A stretch of DNA of 64,000 nucleotides from an uncultured bacterium (GTDB lineage Bacteria > Chloroflexota > UBA5177 > JANWHV01): the NCBI GenBank assembly GCA_963827235.1, contig CAWHAE010000016.1, positions 992,001-1,056,000 on the forward strand. Direction: 5' to 3'. The stretch's first letter is position 1; each line of letters begins with the position of its first letter. The position numbers and the translations under genes were made by a program. The notes under the pieces are model-generated. The model was not told the DNA's origin and made no database searches. It saw only the letters and a program-made list of their open reading frames with translations. Positions 52,007 through 63,078 of the stretch are shown here, in pieces.

Positions 52007-53059
52007 TCAGGCAACCGGCCGCCGAGCTGCGACCGATGGCGCCGTGGAGACAGCTTCGACGACGCTGACGCCCGCAGTCGTCGGCGTAGCGCTCACCAGG
52101 TGCAACCCGGCCATGGCGAGCAGGGTTGCGAATTCCTCTCGCGTCCGCTCCCGGCCACCCGGCATCACCAGCATGTGCAGGGCCACGAACTTGGCCGTCG
52201 CGTCCTCATTCGGCCCACCGAGCAGCCGTTCGACCACCAACAAGGTGGCGGCTGGCCCCATAGCCTGCCGGCACACCTGCAGGATCGCCACCGCGTCCCC
52301 ATCCCCCCAGTCGTGGAGCACCGTCTTCAGCACATAGGCGTCGCCACCCGCGGGCACCGCGTCGAAGAAGCTCCCGCCCACCACGCGGCAGCGCTCACGG
52401 ACCAGGTCGAGCGGCTCGAGGCTCCCAGCCACGACATGTGGCTGATCAAAGAGGATGCCCTGTAGCGCCACGTGCCTGGTCAACAGCGCGCCGAGGAAAC
52501 TACCCTGTCCACCGCCCACGTCCACGACGCAGGCAAACTGTGAGAAATCGTACGCGGCCAGCACCGCAGCGGCGATGCGTCGCACATTGCCGGTCATCGC
52601 GCGGTTGAACACGGCGCCGGCCTCAGGGTGGCACTCCCTGTAGGTCCAGACATCCATCCCCTGGACGGCGCTGAAGGCGTTCTCGCCCGTCCGGACACTG
52701 TGGACCAGATGGCCCCACGCCTGCCAGCGGGACGGCTCGCCGATCTGCACGGCCCAGGGTCCGACCGGTTCGCGCGCATCGCTGCGCAGACACTCGCTCA
52801 AGGGGGTAAGGGCGAAGTGACGGTCGGCGTGCTCATCGAACACGCCGACGCTGGCCAGCGCGCGCAGCAGCCGGTACAGCGCCTGCTCCTGCGCACCGGT
52901 CGCTGCCGCCAGTGCCGTGCAGGGCTGCGGCCCGTCTCGCAGCTGATCAGCCAGCCCGAGGACGGCGGCGACGTGGATTGCTTGCGAGATCTGGTAGCCG
53001 TTCACCAGACTCAGCAAGGCCGCAGACGGTAGCTCCGCTGGATGGTCACGATCCATCAT
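52007..53059 (-). CDS. O-methyltransferase (Methyltransf_2 with dimerisation domain)
   Basis: LYRLLRALASVGVF, VVDVGGGQG, GGSFF, KTVLHDW, GGRERT. Confidence 0.92.
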   Translation of the reverse strand: MMDRDHPAELPSAALLSLVNGYQISQAIHVAAVLGLADQLRDGPQPCTALAAATGAQEQALYRLLRALASVGVFDEHADRHFALTPLSECLRSDAREPVGPWAVQIGEPSRWQAWGHLVHSVRTGENAFSAVQGMDVWTYRECHPEAGAVFNRAMTGNVRRIAAAVLAAYDFSQFACVVDVGGGQGSFLGALLTRHVALQGILFDQPHVVAGSLEPLDLVRERCRVVGGSFFDAVPAGGDAYVLKTVLHDWGDGDAVAILQVCRQAMGPAATLLVVERLLGGPNEDATAKFVALHMLVMPGGRERTREEFATLLAMAGLHLVSATPTTAGVSVVEAVSTAPSVAARRPVA

Positions 53060-53135
53060 GCTGCTGTGCTTTCGTACCCTGAGCGAGCCAAGCGGTTCCG
53101 TATCGTAGTGTGCCATATGGCGTGGCAAGCCGACT

Positions 53136-53159
53136 GCTCACCGGCTCACCGGCTCACCG
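53136..53159. repeat. Short tandem repeat (GCTCACCG)x3
   Basis: Directly visible upstream of the O-methyltransferase. Confidence 0.7.
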
Positions 53160-54203
53160 TGAGCGTCAAGCAGGCGGAACCAACGGGAGTCTTGGGTGGC
53201 ACGGCACCATGTTCGCCCCCCGACTCGTGTGCGCCACCATCCAGAAAGGAGCGATGCGCCCCGGCCGCTGACTCGACTGCGGCTTGCTCGCTACTCGGTC
53301 AGCAGGCAGACAGGTCGCTCGCCTGCGCAGTCGCACGTGCATCTGCATGTCGGTCCCCGCGCAGGCAAGAAGCCGGGATGCTGCACCGCGCCAGCCATCC
53401 GTCCGCGATGACGAGGCCGGTATCACGCGCGGACGGCATGAAAGAGCCCTCGGCACTCATGCACATCCAGGGCATCGACACTGCCCGTCGTATATCGTCC
53501 CCATCCGGTCATGCCTCCCGATCTCGGGCCTCGCCGTGACCGAGCAGATACCACACCACTGCGACCAGCAGCAGGATCCAGATCGTGCTTATCGTCCCCT
53601 CCCTACGCCGTCGACGTTCCGTGTGTCGCTACTGATCACTCTGCACGCGGGGCGCGGCACCGGAAATCGAAGGGCCGCGCCTGAGCACGCTACGGCGCCA
53701 GGCAAGGCGGGCTAGCGGGGCATGCTCGACGGCGTGTGCCGGCTGAGTGATTCAGAGTAGCCGCCGGTGCCCATCGGGCTAAAGTGAGGCCACGGTGAAA
53801 CCCGCAGGCGTCGTGCGGTCGTCAGCACACGTTCATGTAGATCCCATCGTGGCTTCGGTATAGAGCGCAGCAACGCCGCACTGTCACAAGGTTGGCGCGA
53901 GACCGGCACCGCTGTCAAGCATAGAAGATCCGTACACCGGATCGGGTGCTCGGCATTACGCACAGCACAGGACCAACTGCATCCCTTACCAGCAGCGCAC
54001 GTCTGCGCGGCGTGTCGCTCGCTGGGGGACGACTTATACGCGAGGCGATCCACGCCCCCAACCCACGCGCTAGGAGTTTCCCCGAGGACTCGCGGTTCAC
54101 ACTCGCCAGCGGAGGCGCCAGGGCGCGGAGCGCTCATCCAGCCCCTTCCTCCCCGGCGATCGTCGCTGGAAAGCACCACTTGACGACGGGAAGTCAGTGC
54201 CGC

Positions 54204-57137
54204 TTACAGATATGAAGGCACTGCGAGCGTCTCGACCGCAAGCTCTGTTCGCTCCTGGTCCAGTCGCGCGCCGAGTTGCCTGTAGATGGCCGCAGCCGCC
54301 GCCAGCCGGGCACGGGCGACCTCAGGTTCAGCGCCGCACGCGTGCAACCAGCCATCGGCCTCCAGCAGGCGTGCCTCGCCGTAGGGATAGGGCAGCGTGC
54401 GCGCAAGGGTCAGTCCCTCCATCAGGGCGGACCGGGCAGCGCCCCTGGCATGCGTACTCGTGCACACGAGCGCCTGCGCATGGAGAGCGTCTATCAGGAT
54501 GAGCCGATAGCCTATGGCACGCGCCCGCGCAACCGCCGCTGCCGCCACCCTGGTGGCCTGTGCGGCAGCACCTACCTGGAGATGAGCCCATGCCAGGCTC
54601 GGCAGCAGCGCCGTGACATCAGGTTCCTCCAGTCCAGGTCGATCGACCAACGCTAGCAGCCGATCTCGCGCCGCTGCCGGGCAGCCGGCACGCAGATCGC
54701 ATGCCGCCAATAGGCCCGATGCGTAGCGTACCGCCTGCAGGTCATTGATTCGTCTGGCATCTTGCAGGGCCTCCTCGAGGAGGCGTGCAGCCCGGTCGTC
54801 ATGCCCCTCTGCCATGAAGAGGCGACCCTGGTCGATGCGCAGGTACGGCATCACCCAGGTGAAGCCGATGTGCTCATTCATCGCCGCGAATTGCGCCAAC
54901 CATGCACGCGCTTCTCTCCAGTCACCGGTGAAAAACGCGACGGAGCCAAGCGCGCTGACGACCCCGCCGGCTACCGGTGTGTCGCCCAGCCGTTCCGCGG
55001 CCTCGCGTGCGTGTCCCGCGTCCCGACGCGCCTGGTCCCAGTTGCCGCGCAGCGTATGCACCTTGGCCAGCCGCCAATACGCCATACAGAAGGCAAACAG
55101 GTCGCCGGTCGACTCGGCCAGCGGTATGACCGCATCGATCACCTGCACACCCTCGGCGACCTGTCCCATCATGATCAGCGCGCTGCCGCGCGATTCCTCG
55201 ATATCGGCGAGCAGCCTGCCGGCCCCCACCTCACGCGCCAGGGCGGCGGCCCGCGTCGCCGCGGCCAGTTGACCTCCGTAATCGCCCACTGCAAAGCACA
55301 GGTGCGCGAGCGTCATGTAGAGCGATGCCAACCCTTCCGAGGGCCCAGTCTGCTCCAGGCCGGCCAGGACCGGCCGTATCCGTGCCAATCCCTCCTCCGC
55401 CGTCGGACGACGCCGGTGCACCCGGCCGATCAGCGCAATCGCCTGCCCCAGTTGCTCCAGGGCACCGGCTGTCTGATAGACGGCCGCGGCATGCTCAAGC
55501 ACCACCAGTGCCTCATCGAAGCGCGCGACAGCCATCAACACTTCACCCAGCTGGAGCCGCGCCGCCGCGGCGTCCGCCGGCCTGACCAGGCGCTCCAGAC
55601 GGTTGATCAGCTCGTCGTAGTAGGCGATGGCGGCGTCGTGGGCATATTGCGCCCGTGCCTTGTCGGCCGCCACGGCGAGATAGGTGGTCGCACGCGCCTG
55701 GTCATCGCTTCGCGCGTAATGGTAGGCGAGGAGATCGATCTGCGGATCACCTGCCGCAATCTCCAGGGCCTGGGCGATCCGCTGATGCAGGGACGCACGC
55801 CGTCCGGCGCCCAGATCGGCCTCCACCACCTCACGTATCACGTCGTGCGCGAACTGATAGGCCTCCTCTCCTGCCTCGACCAGGAGCCGGGCGCGGCAGG
55901 CCGCGTCCAATCCTGCCAGCAGTTGCTCCTCGACGTCGCCAATCACTGCAGCCAGCACGGCGCGCGACGCCACGCGGCCTACCACCGCGGCCGCGCCGAG
56001 CACCCGCTGCGCCGGTAACGGCAGCGCGGCTACCCGCTGCCGCACGCTGGCCGCCACGTCCCAGGGCACTGCGTCTCCGGCCTGCTCCGAGTCGGGCCGC
56101 AGGCCCTGCGCACAGGTTACGATGAAGAATGGCAAGCCTCCGGCGCGCTGCAGCAGCCGTTCCCGCGTGACCTCGCCCGCCGGTTTAGTGCCGGTCATGA
56201 GCTGGTCGCACAGCTGACGTGCCTGGTCGGGTGACAGCGGCAAGACCTGCCGATGCCGGGCCAAGCCAGCGGCTGCCAGGTCGCCGGCCAGCGTCGCTAT
56301 GGGGCTGCCCGGCGGCGCCTCCGTATCCCGATAGGCCGCCACCACGCGTACCGGCTCCGGAGCACGGAGCAACATGGCCAGCAGCTCCAGCGCGTCGGCA
56401 TCGGCCCACTGGAGGTCGTCCAGCACCAGCAGGGTCCCGGCCGGGCCCGCGATGTTCGCCAGGAACCGGCGCACCGCGCTGAAAATCAGCCGGCGCTCTT
56501 GCGTGGCCGGCAGCGCCCAGGCCGGCACCGCATCGCCGAGCGTACCGGCGAGTTCGGGGAGCAGCAGCCCCAACCCTGCACAGCCATGCAACGCAGCACG
56601 CCGCTGCGCTCCGGTCAGCCTGTCGAGCCCTTGCTCCAGCACGTCGATCAACGGCGAGAACGGCACCTGTCCGTTGCGCCGCTGGCACCCCCCATCGAGC
56701 ACGCACCAGCCATACCTGCCGGCCCGCTCGATTGTTTCACTCAAGAGACGGCTCTTCCCTATCCCAGATTCGCCCGCCAACAGCAGTGCTGGAGGTCCTT
56801 CCCCGCCGAGGTGATGCGCGAAGAGCGCGAGTTCGCCATCGCGGCCGACCAGCGGGTATCCGGCGTGGCGTGCCATGCGTTCCTGCGCGGTCCGCGCCGG
56901 CGTGGGCCGGCGCGCCGCAGCGGCAAAGGATGCGCGGGCCATCGGGTCCAGTGCCAACGCCTCGGCCAGAAGCTCCACGGTCTCCTTGCGCGGCGCAAGG
57001 TTGACGGCCTGCTCGAGGGCGCTCACCGCCCGGACCGAGAGGTGGGCGCGCACCGCCAGTTCCTCCTGCGTCAGCCCTGCCGCCAGACGATAGCGCTTGA
57101 GCATCATCCCGAAGTGGACCTGCGCTTCCGCGCCCAC
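54204..57137 (-). CDS. XRE-HTH + AAA/STAND ATPase (MalT-like) + TPR protein
   Basis: GLTQEELA HTH, Walker A GESGIGKS, Walker B LVLDDLQWAD, GGLPFF, FAHDVIRE, TPR C-terminus. GTG start chosen; the ORF is open to 57296. Confidence 0.9.
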   Translation of the reverse strand: MGAEAQVHFGMMLKRYRLAAGLTQEELAVRAHLSVRAVSALEQAVNLAPRKETVELLAEALALDPMARASFAAAARRPTPARTAQERMARHAGYPLVGRDGELALFAHHLGGEGPPALLLAGESGIGKSRLLSETIERAGRYGWCVLDGGCQRRNGQVPFSPLIDVLEQGLDRLTGAQRRAALHGCAGLGLLLPELAGTLGDAVPAWALPATQERRLIFSAVRRFLANIAGPAGTLLVLDDLQWADADALELLAMLLRAPEPVRVVAAYRDTEAPPGSPIATLAGDLAAAGLARHRQVLPLSPDQARQLCDQLMTGTKPAGEVTRERLLQRAGGLPFFIVTCAQGLRPDSEQAGDAVPWDVAASVRQRVAALPLPAQRVLGAAAVVGRVASRAVLAAVIGDVEEQLLAGLDAACRARLLVEAGEEAYQFAHDVIREVVEADLGAGRRASLHQRIAQALEIAAGDPQIDLLAYHYARSDDQARATTYLAVAADKARAQYAHDAAIAYYDELINRLERLVRPADAAAARLQLGEVLMAVARFDEALVVLEHAAAVYQTAGALEQLGQAIALIGRVHRRRPTAEEGLARIRPVLAGLEQTGPSEGLASLYMTLAHLCFAVGDYGGQLAAATRAAALAREVGAGRLLADIEESRGSALIMMGQVAEGVQVIDAVIPLAESTGDLFAFCMAYWRLAKVHTLRGNWDQARRDAGHAREAAERLGDTPVAGGVVSALGSVAFFTGDWREARAWLAQFAAMNEHIGFTWVMPYLRIDQGRLFMAEGHDDRAARLLEEALQDARRINDLQAVRYASGLLAACDLRAGCPAAARDRLLALVDRPGLEEPDVTALLPSLAWAHLQVGAAAQATRVAAAAVARARAIGYRLILIDALHAQALVCTSTHARGAARSALMEGLTLARTLPYPYGEARLLEADGWLHACGAEPEVARARLAAAAAIYRQLGARLDQERTELAVETLAVPSYL

Positions 57138-57506
57138 AGCAAGCAACCCCTCTTCAGCACGTCTACCGGTTCCAATACGGGCGCCGCCCTGCAAAGTCAG
57201 CGTACTACCTTGCGTGACAGAGGGTGCCTTTCGGCTCTGTCGAGAGATTGTGGTAGGCATTCTGCCAGTCGTTATGTCAGTAGATCCTGGCGACACCTGG
57301 CGGCGCCGAGCAGACTGTGATGGGAGGCGGCTCAGGTCGTGCTCGTCATTCGCCCTGGTTCATGATAGAGATCGCCCGGCACGATGATCTCACCGGGTGC
57401 GACGGGCCGGGTGTGCCGGAAGGGAGGGAGCCAACCGCCAAGCGACAGACAGCGACGAGCGTGTGAGCCGGTCGCCTGGGAATGGTGTGAGTGATTGGGG
57501 GAAGCG

Positions 57507-58937
57507 ATGAGCGTACAGCAGAGCATCAGGCCGGGAGCGTTGGACGAGGCAGCATATGCCGAGCTGCAGTCCTGCATGCGCGGCGTGCTGATCCGCCCGG
57601 ACGATGGCGCCTACAACGAGGCATGCCGCATCTATAACGCGATGATCGACAAGCGTCCCGCCGCTATCGCGCGCTGCGTGGACGTGGCGGACGTGATCGG
57701 CGCTGTCACCGTCGCCCGTGAGCACGGCGCCACCCTCGCCGTCCGTGGCGGCGGGCACAATGGCGGCGGGCTCGGCACCTGCGATGACGGACTGGTGATC
57801 GACCTGTCGCCGATGAAGGGCACCCGCGTCGATCCGGTGGCCCGCACCGTGCGGGTGGCGGGAGGCTGCACCTGGGGTGAGGTCGACCATGCCACGCATG
57901 CCTTCGGCCTGGCCACACCGAGCGGCATCATCTCGACTACCGGCGTCGGCGGCCTGACCCTAGGCGGCGGCCTCGGTCACCTCACGCGGGCCTGCGGCCT
58001 GGCCATCGACAATCTGTTGGAGGTGGATGTGGTCCTGGCCGATAGCAGCGTCGTGACCGCCAGCGCCGACCAGCATCCCGACCTCTTCTGGGCCGTCCGT
58101 GGCGGCGGCGGCAACTTCGGCGTCGTCACCTCCTTCCTGTTCAAGCTGCACCCCATAAGCATGGTCTATGGCGGACCCATGCTCTGGGATATGGACCGCG
58201 CCGAGGAGACGCTGCGCTGGTACCGCGACTTCATCCTCCAGGCCCCCGGCGAGATCAACGGCTTCTTCGCCTTCCTCAAGGTCCCGCCCGACCCACCATT
58301 CCCCGAGCACCTCCACGCCAGGACGATGTGCGGTATCGTCTGGTGCTACACCGGCTCGCTGGACCAGGCTGAGGAGGTCTTCGCCCCCATCCGGGGTCTG
58401 TTCGGCGGACCTGCCCTCGACTTCGTGGGGCCGCTGCCGCACCCCGCCCTGCAGAGCATGTTTGATGCGATCTATCCGCCCGGCGACCAATGGTACTGGC
58501 GGGCCGACTTCGTCAAGGAGCTGAGCGACGCGGCAATCGCCTTACACATCAAGCATGGCTCGACACTGCCAACGCTGCAGTCGACCATGCATCTGTACCC
58601 GATCAACGGGGCGGCAGGGCGGGTAGGGCGACACGACACGGCCTGGAGCTATCGTGAGGCCACCTGGGGCGAGGTCATCGTGGGCGTCGATCGGGATCCA
58701 ACCAATGCCGCGCTGCTCAGGGACTGGACGGTCGCCTACTGGGAGGCGCTGCATCCCTACTCTGCCGGCGGCGCATACGTGAACATGATGATGGATGAGG
58801 GGCAAGAGCGGGTCAGGGCAGCCTACCGCGACAATTACGATCGGTTAGTCGCGGTCAAGAACCGATACGACCCGACCAATCTGTTCCACGTCAACCAGAA
58901 CATCAGGCCATCAGTCCGAGCTGAAGTGAATCCATGA
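57507..58937 (+). CDS. FAD-binding oxidoreductase (VAO/berberine-bridge family)
   Basis: VRGGGHN covalent-FAD His motif, GGGGNFGVVT, YVN, KNRYDPTNLF. Confidence 0.94.
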   Translation: MSVQQSIRPGALDEAAYAELQSCMRGVLIRPDDGAYNEACRIYNAMIDKRPAAIARCVDVADVIGAVTVAREHGATLAVRGGGHNGGGLGTCDDGLVIDLSPMKGTRVDPVARTVRVAGGCTWGEVDHATHAFGLATPSGIISTTGVGGLTLGGGLGHLTRACGLAIDNLLEVDVVLADSSVVTASADQHPDLFWAVRGGGGNFGVVTSFLFKLHPISMVYGGPMLWDMDRAEETLRWYRDFILQAPGEINGFFAFLKVPPDPPFPEHLHARTMCGIVWCYTGSLDQAEEVFAPIRGLFGGPALDFVGPLPHPALQSMFDAIYPPGDQWYWRADFVKELSDAAIALHIKHGSTLPTLQSTMHLYPINGAAGRVGRHDTAWSYREATWGEVIVGVDRDPTNAALLRDWTVAYWEALHPYSAGGAYVNMMMDEGQERVRAAYRDNYDRLVAVKNRYDPTNLFHVNQNIRPSVRAEVNP

Positions 58938-59044
58938 TGGAATCCGCAGGCGTAGAATGTACATCCCGTCGAGGCATCGGTACCGTCGCAAAACGTGTGC
59001 TACCGCGGTGGTAGCTGAGGGTGTGGCGCTAATCGGAGGGTAGA

Positions 59045-59230
59045 ATGGCTTGCGAGATGTGCTCTCGGCTCGCAGGCTGTGACCGTGTCGTCATCTCCAT
59101 GACTGAGGACGATGAAGCAGCAGGTGCAGATCGGCTCGTCCAGCGATTCGGCTGGGAAGCGCTCGTGAGAGAGGTCAGTGGCTGGAAGCCGGTGACCGCT
59201 AACCCTCCGGCTCAGGCAGCGGAAGGATGA
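59045..59230 (+). CDS. Small hypothetical protein with N-terminal CxxC
   Basis: GGAGG RBS shortly upstream; MACEMC; no overlapping gene. Confidence 0.35.
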   Translation: MACEMCSRLAGCDRVVISMTEDDEAAGADRLVQRFGWEALVREVSGWKPVTANPPAQAAEG

Positions 59231-59463
59231 ACACGTGACGCTCGTGGTTAGCCTCGCTGGCTAGGCTTAGCGCCACGCCGGTGAGGCGGTGCTGTCCCGT
59301 ATGGAGCAGCACTGCCTCGCCGGTTCAAGATGCGCATCGACGATGAGGAGCGAAGTTACGGCCGATCCTTCCGTACCTGCTCTCGGACCGCTGGCACAGT
59401 CATTGCGTACGATAATTGCCTATCGTCGGCCGGCCCCGTGGGACGGACGCCCGCGACATACGC

Positions 59464-59740
59464 TCACCAAGCGTAGGCTTCTCGACAGGCCGCAATCGGC
59501 ATGGCCAGGGCGATCACCCGCTCCAGTACCATCGCCGAACTCTCTTCCCAGGCGCCTGCGAAGGCCGATTCGCCGAGCACCACGCGTGCCGCCGCTGCGA
59601 GGTCGTCGACGGCGGCCTGGTCGATGGCCGACCTCCGGCTGCCGATCGCCGATTGCAGGCTCTGGGCAGCGCCGAGCAACGTATCTCAGGCATTCGGCGA
59701 GCCCGCTCTTAGCTCCCAGCGCATGAAGAATCCCCAGGCC
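59464..59740 (-). pseudogene. C-terminal remnant of a STAND-TPR regulator
   Basis: LLGAAQSLQSAIG...AARVVLGESAFAGAWEESSAMVLERVIALA parallels the end of 24269..27070 ([13 protein letters not shown]...[26 protein letters not shown]). Confidence 0.65.
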
Positions 59741-59984
59741 CCCGGCCAGTAGTACGCCACGAAGTCGGCGCTGCGCAAGCACTCGTCAGCTTTGTCGAGC
59801 GGCCAGATCTCACGATCCTCGGCCACGTGGCATCTCCCGGTCCGCTAGCCGCTGTCGCTCGCGCGCACGGTCAGTCAGTGGACCCATGCAGGTGCAGGAT
59901 ACACGCTGGCATGTGGCAGCCTGCCCGGCCGGACGACAGGCGAGGCAGATGCGAGCTTCTCGCTTGCGCGCAGCCCCTGCCCGC

Positions 59985-60392
59985 TCACTCCGCTGGCGCT
60001 AGAGGGCACGGGTGCACCGCCGCCGAGAGCACCTCCTCCGCCAGCCGGTTCGCCGCCAGCGCCGCCGTCCATGCCTCCTGCACCATGGCCTGCGGTACTC
60101 GGGCCAGCACCAGCAAGAGTACGAGCGATGCCTGAATGGCGGCGATACTGCCGGGATCGTCGTGCGCCCGCAACTGCTGGCGCACCCAGCACAGCGCGCC
60201 TCGCCGCTCGATCCGCGTCAGCGCGTCGGCGCCGACGGCGTCGAGCAGCCGACGGAACGCCGGGTTGCCGTCGGTCCAACGCTCCCACACCGGCAGCAAG
60301 TGCTCCCGGCAGCGCAGAATGGTGACAGGCTCACCAGGACGGTCCTCGCCGTGCCCCGGCGTCGGGCAGAGTGGCTCGCCCCACACTGGCAT
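59985..60392 (-). CDS. Hypothetical protein
   Basis: AGGAGG RBS before ATG at 60392; helical-looking sequence; divergent from the SnoaL-like gene. Confidence 0.5.
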   Translation of the reverse strand: MPVWGEPLCPTPGHGEDRPGEPVTILRCREHLLPVWERWTDGNPAFRRLLDAVGADALTRIERRGALCWVRQQLRAHDDPGSIAAIQASLVLLLVLARVPQAMVQEAWTAALAANRLAEEVLSAAVHPCPLAPAE

Positions 60393-60535
60393 ATCGCCTC
60401 CTACGCTGAGCCTACCACGTCCTTCACGTCGGCGCAGCCCGCACCCGAACGCCCGGCCGTGACCGGTCGCATTGTCGCGCAGCGTGCGCGGGACTATCCG
60501 GCAACAGGGACAGCCCAAACAAGGAGGACACGCCC

Positions 60536-61300
60536 ATGACAGCGGCAGACAACGCGGCAGCATACCGGCACTGGGCGACGAGGGCTGCAGCCGGGGGAAA
60601 CGTCGACCTGGCCGACCAACTGTACTCGCCCGACTACGTCACCCACTCCGTGGGGCCGGACCTCCCGCCCACGCTGGAGGGGCTGAAGATTCTTCATTCG
60701 CGCCTTGCGTCAAGGGCTGCCCGACCTACAGTGCCCCGTGGACGAGGCGGTAGCGGAGGGCGACTGTGTGGCCGGCCGATTTTCTCTTCGGGGCGCGCAC
60801 AGCGGCACCCTCTTCGGCATTCCGGCCACCGGGAGGCAGGTTGAAGTGGGCGTGATGGTCATTGCCCGATTCGATGAGGCGGGGAAGTGGGTCGAGGACT
60901 GGAACAGCTGGGACCAACTGGGTCTGCTGCAGCAGCTCGGCGTAATCCCGGCGCCGGAGCCTGAGAGAGGAGCGTCATTCATAGGATTGGATATGCGATC
61001 AACCGACGCGAACAAGGCGCTGCTGCGCCGGGCCATCGGCTACAACCACGGTGCGGCCGTGGATGCCACCGAGATCTTCGCGTCCGACTTTGTGGTATAC
61101 ATGCCGGGCTAGCCGCCCATGGATCGCGCGGTCTTCGAGCACCTGTTGGCCGGCTTTGGCGCCGGCCTCCCGGGCTACACCTATGAGATTCACGACCAGA
61201 TCGCGCAGGGAGACATCGTCTGCAACCGCATCACCTGGCGGTGCGTTCATGGTGGCGAGTTCGCCGACGTACAGGCGACCGGCCGGCCGATCGAGCTGCG
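60536..61300 (+). pseudogene. Two SnoaL-like ester cyclase domains, disrupted
   Basis: AAGGAGG RBS; frameshift near 60705; GIPATGRQV. Second domain starts at ATG 60993, has an in-frame TAG at 61110-61112 and is truncated after ATGRPIEL. Confidence 0.8.
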
Positions 61301-61830
61301 TACGAGACCGCGAGCAGAGCGCACGGGAAGCCGGGGCCAGCTGCTCGCTGTTTGCAAAGGAAGAGCGTGCTGTCAGCCCTGCAGCGGTCCGTGTGGTATC
61401 TGCCTTGTGGGCATGCTCGTCGGTCATCACCATGACCGCCATCTCCTCTGACGCAGTCGGCACGGCGAGCCTCCGGCCCCGCGTGCTCACGGTGCCTCTG
61501 GTCGACAGAGCGGCCTGGATTGCCTTGACGACGTGCTCTGTCTTGGCCGCTTGCCCTCGTCTCCACCCTACGACGGCCGCACAAACCGGGCCGTATACGG
61601 AAAGCGCTGCGACATGAGTCCGGCATGGACGGTGATGAAGGTCACGACTCGGAGCCCAAGCAGGAACAGGTGCCAGGATCTGGGCGGATGATGTCCGTTA
61701 TAACGGAGTGGGGTGACTGCCACCACAAAGCGGGGGAAATGGAGCACATGGTCCGACCGTACGTGCAGGGTACGCCTGCGTGCAGCGAAGTGCCTGAAGA
61801 CGCGAAATGGCTGCGAGACGCGGAAGCACC

Positions 61831-62853
61831 ATGTCGGTGAGCGCTGTAGCCTGGCTGGCTGCCTTTGCGGTGAGCCTGATTGTAGTTCTGACAGCCAGTG
61901 ACCGCCTGGTGAACGCTGTCGAAGCCGCCGGAGACCGCTACCAGTGGCCACCCGGTTTCGTTGGCTTGCTTGCCGCCGCCGGTGCTGATGGCCCAGAGGT
62001 CAGCTCAGCCCTTATCGCCCTGCTTGCCGGAGCGCACGATGTGAGCCTCGGCGTCATTGTGGGCTCGAACCTCTTCAACCTGGCCGCACTGTTGGGCCTG
62101 CCGATACTGGTAGTTGGGCACGTGGCTGTGCAGCGGTATGGCCTGCTGACGAGCGGCGGCGCCATGCTGCTGACCACGGCGCTGAGCGTCTTGCTGCTCC
62201 TGGGTGACACACCGATTCTCTTCGTGGAGGCATTGGTCGTGGCGACACTCGTGGGCTACGCAATATTGCTGGTTCGCTCGCGCGATAGAACCACGGCTGT
62301 GACGTCCCCCGTCCTGCAAGGCCTGCCGCCGGGTGAGGGTGACATTGACGTGGAGGAGCGGGCGCGTGAGCGCGAAGTGGACCGCGCGCAAGGTTTTCCA
62401 TCAGGACTTCACCTGATTTTCGAGGGGCTGCTGGCAACGGCGGTGGTCATCGGGGGCTGCGCCGTGTTGGTCAATGCCGCGCTCTTCCTCGCGAAATGGA
62501 TGGGCGTACCGCAGACGCTGACCGGCACCTTCGGGCTGGCCGCACTCACCAGCCTGCCCAATGTCTGGGTGGCATTGAGCCTGGCCCGCCGCCACCGCGG
62601 CGCGGTCCTGGTCAGCGCGGTGTGCAACAGCAACACGATCAACGCCGTCTTCGGCATCTGCCTGCTCGCGCCGTTCCGGGCGCTGCAACCCGCCGCGATC
62701 GTGCGCCATCTCGATCTGCCGGCACTGCTCGCTTTGACACTGCTCTCACTCGTCCTGATCTGGCAAGGGCGTGGTCTCGGTCGCCGTGGCGCGCTGGCGC
62801 TGGTCGTGGCCTATGGATGCTTCGTGGCCACCAGGCTCGCGCTGAGCTCGTAA
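61831..62853 (+). CDS. Ca2+/cation antiporter (CaCA, YrbG/NCX-like)
   Basis: Two alpha-repeats, GADGPE...GSNLFN and TSLPN...NSNTIN; about 10 TM helices. Confidence 0.85.
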   Translation: MSVSAVAWLAAFAVSLIVVLTASDRLVNAVEAAGDRYQWPPGFVGLLAAAGADGPEVSSALIALLAGAHDVSLGVIVGSNLFNLAALLGLPILVVGHVAVQRYGLLTSGGAMLLTTALSVLLLLGDTPILFVEALVVATLVGYAILLVRSRDRTTAVTSPVLQGLPPGEGDIDVEERAREREVDRAQGFPSGLHLIFEGLLATAVVIGGCAVLVNAALFLAKWMGVPQTLTGTFGLAALTSLPNVWVALSLARRHRGAVLVSAVCNSNTINAVFGICLLAPFRALQPAAIVRHLDLPALLALTLLSLVLIWQGRGLGRRGALALVVAYGCFVATRLALSS

Positions 62854-63038
62854 CTAGCCTCGAGACGGGGAATCGGGTTCTGCCTCCATGCCAGCAGGCG
62901 TTCCGATCCCACGCGACACCGCCTGCCGGACGTCGTCACGGCGGCTCATGCGCGTTTCTGCCATCGGGCGACGAGCGCGGGCCAGCGGACCACCTCGTGC
63001 ACCCGCGAAGCAATCACAGGTGCCTGCGGTCGGTGCAG

Positions 63039-63078
63039 TCGTAAGGGAATCGTAAGACTTTCGTAAGCGCCCCGTAAC
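63039..63078 (+). promoter_or_regulatory. Four 11-bp-phased heptamer direct repeats
   Basis: TCGTAAG at 63039, 63050 and 63061; CCGTAAC at 63072. Confidence 0.75.

Noticed and set aside
53160-54200. ~1 kb gap with several short ORFs
   Set aside because: No recognisable protein motifs, RBS-supported ORF or RNA structure could be supported; probably decayed sequence.
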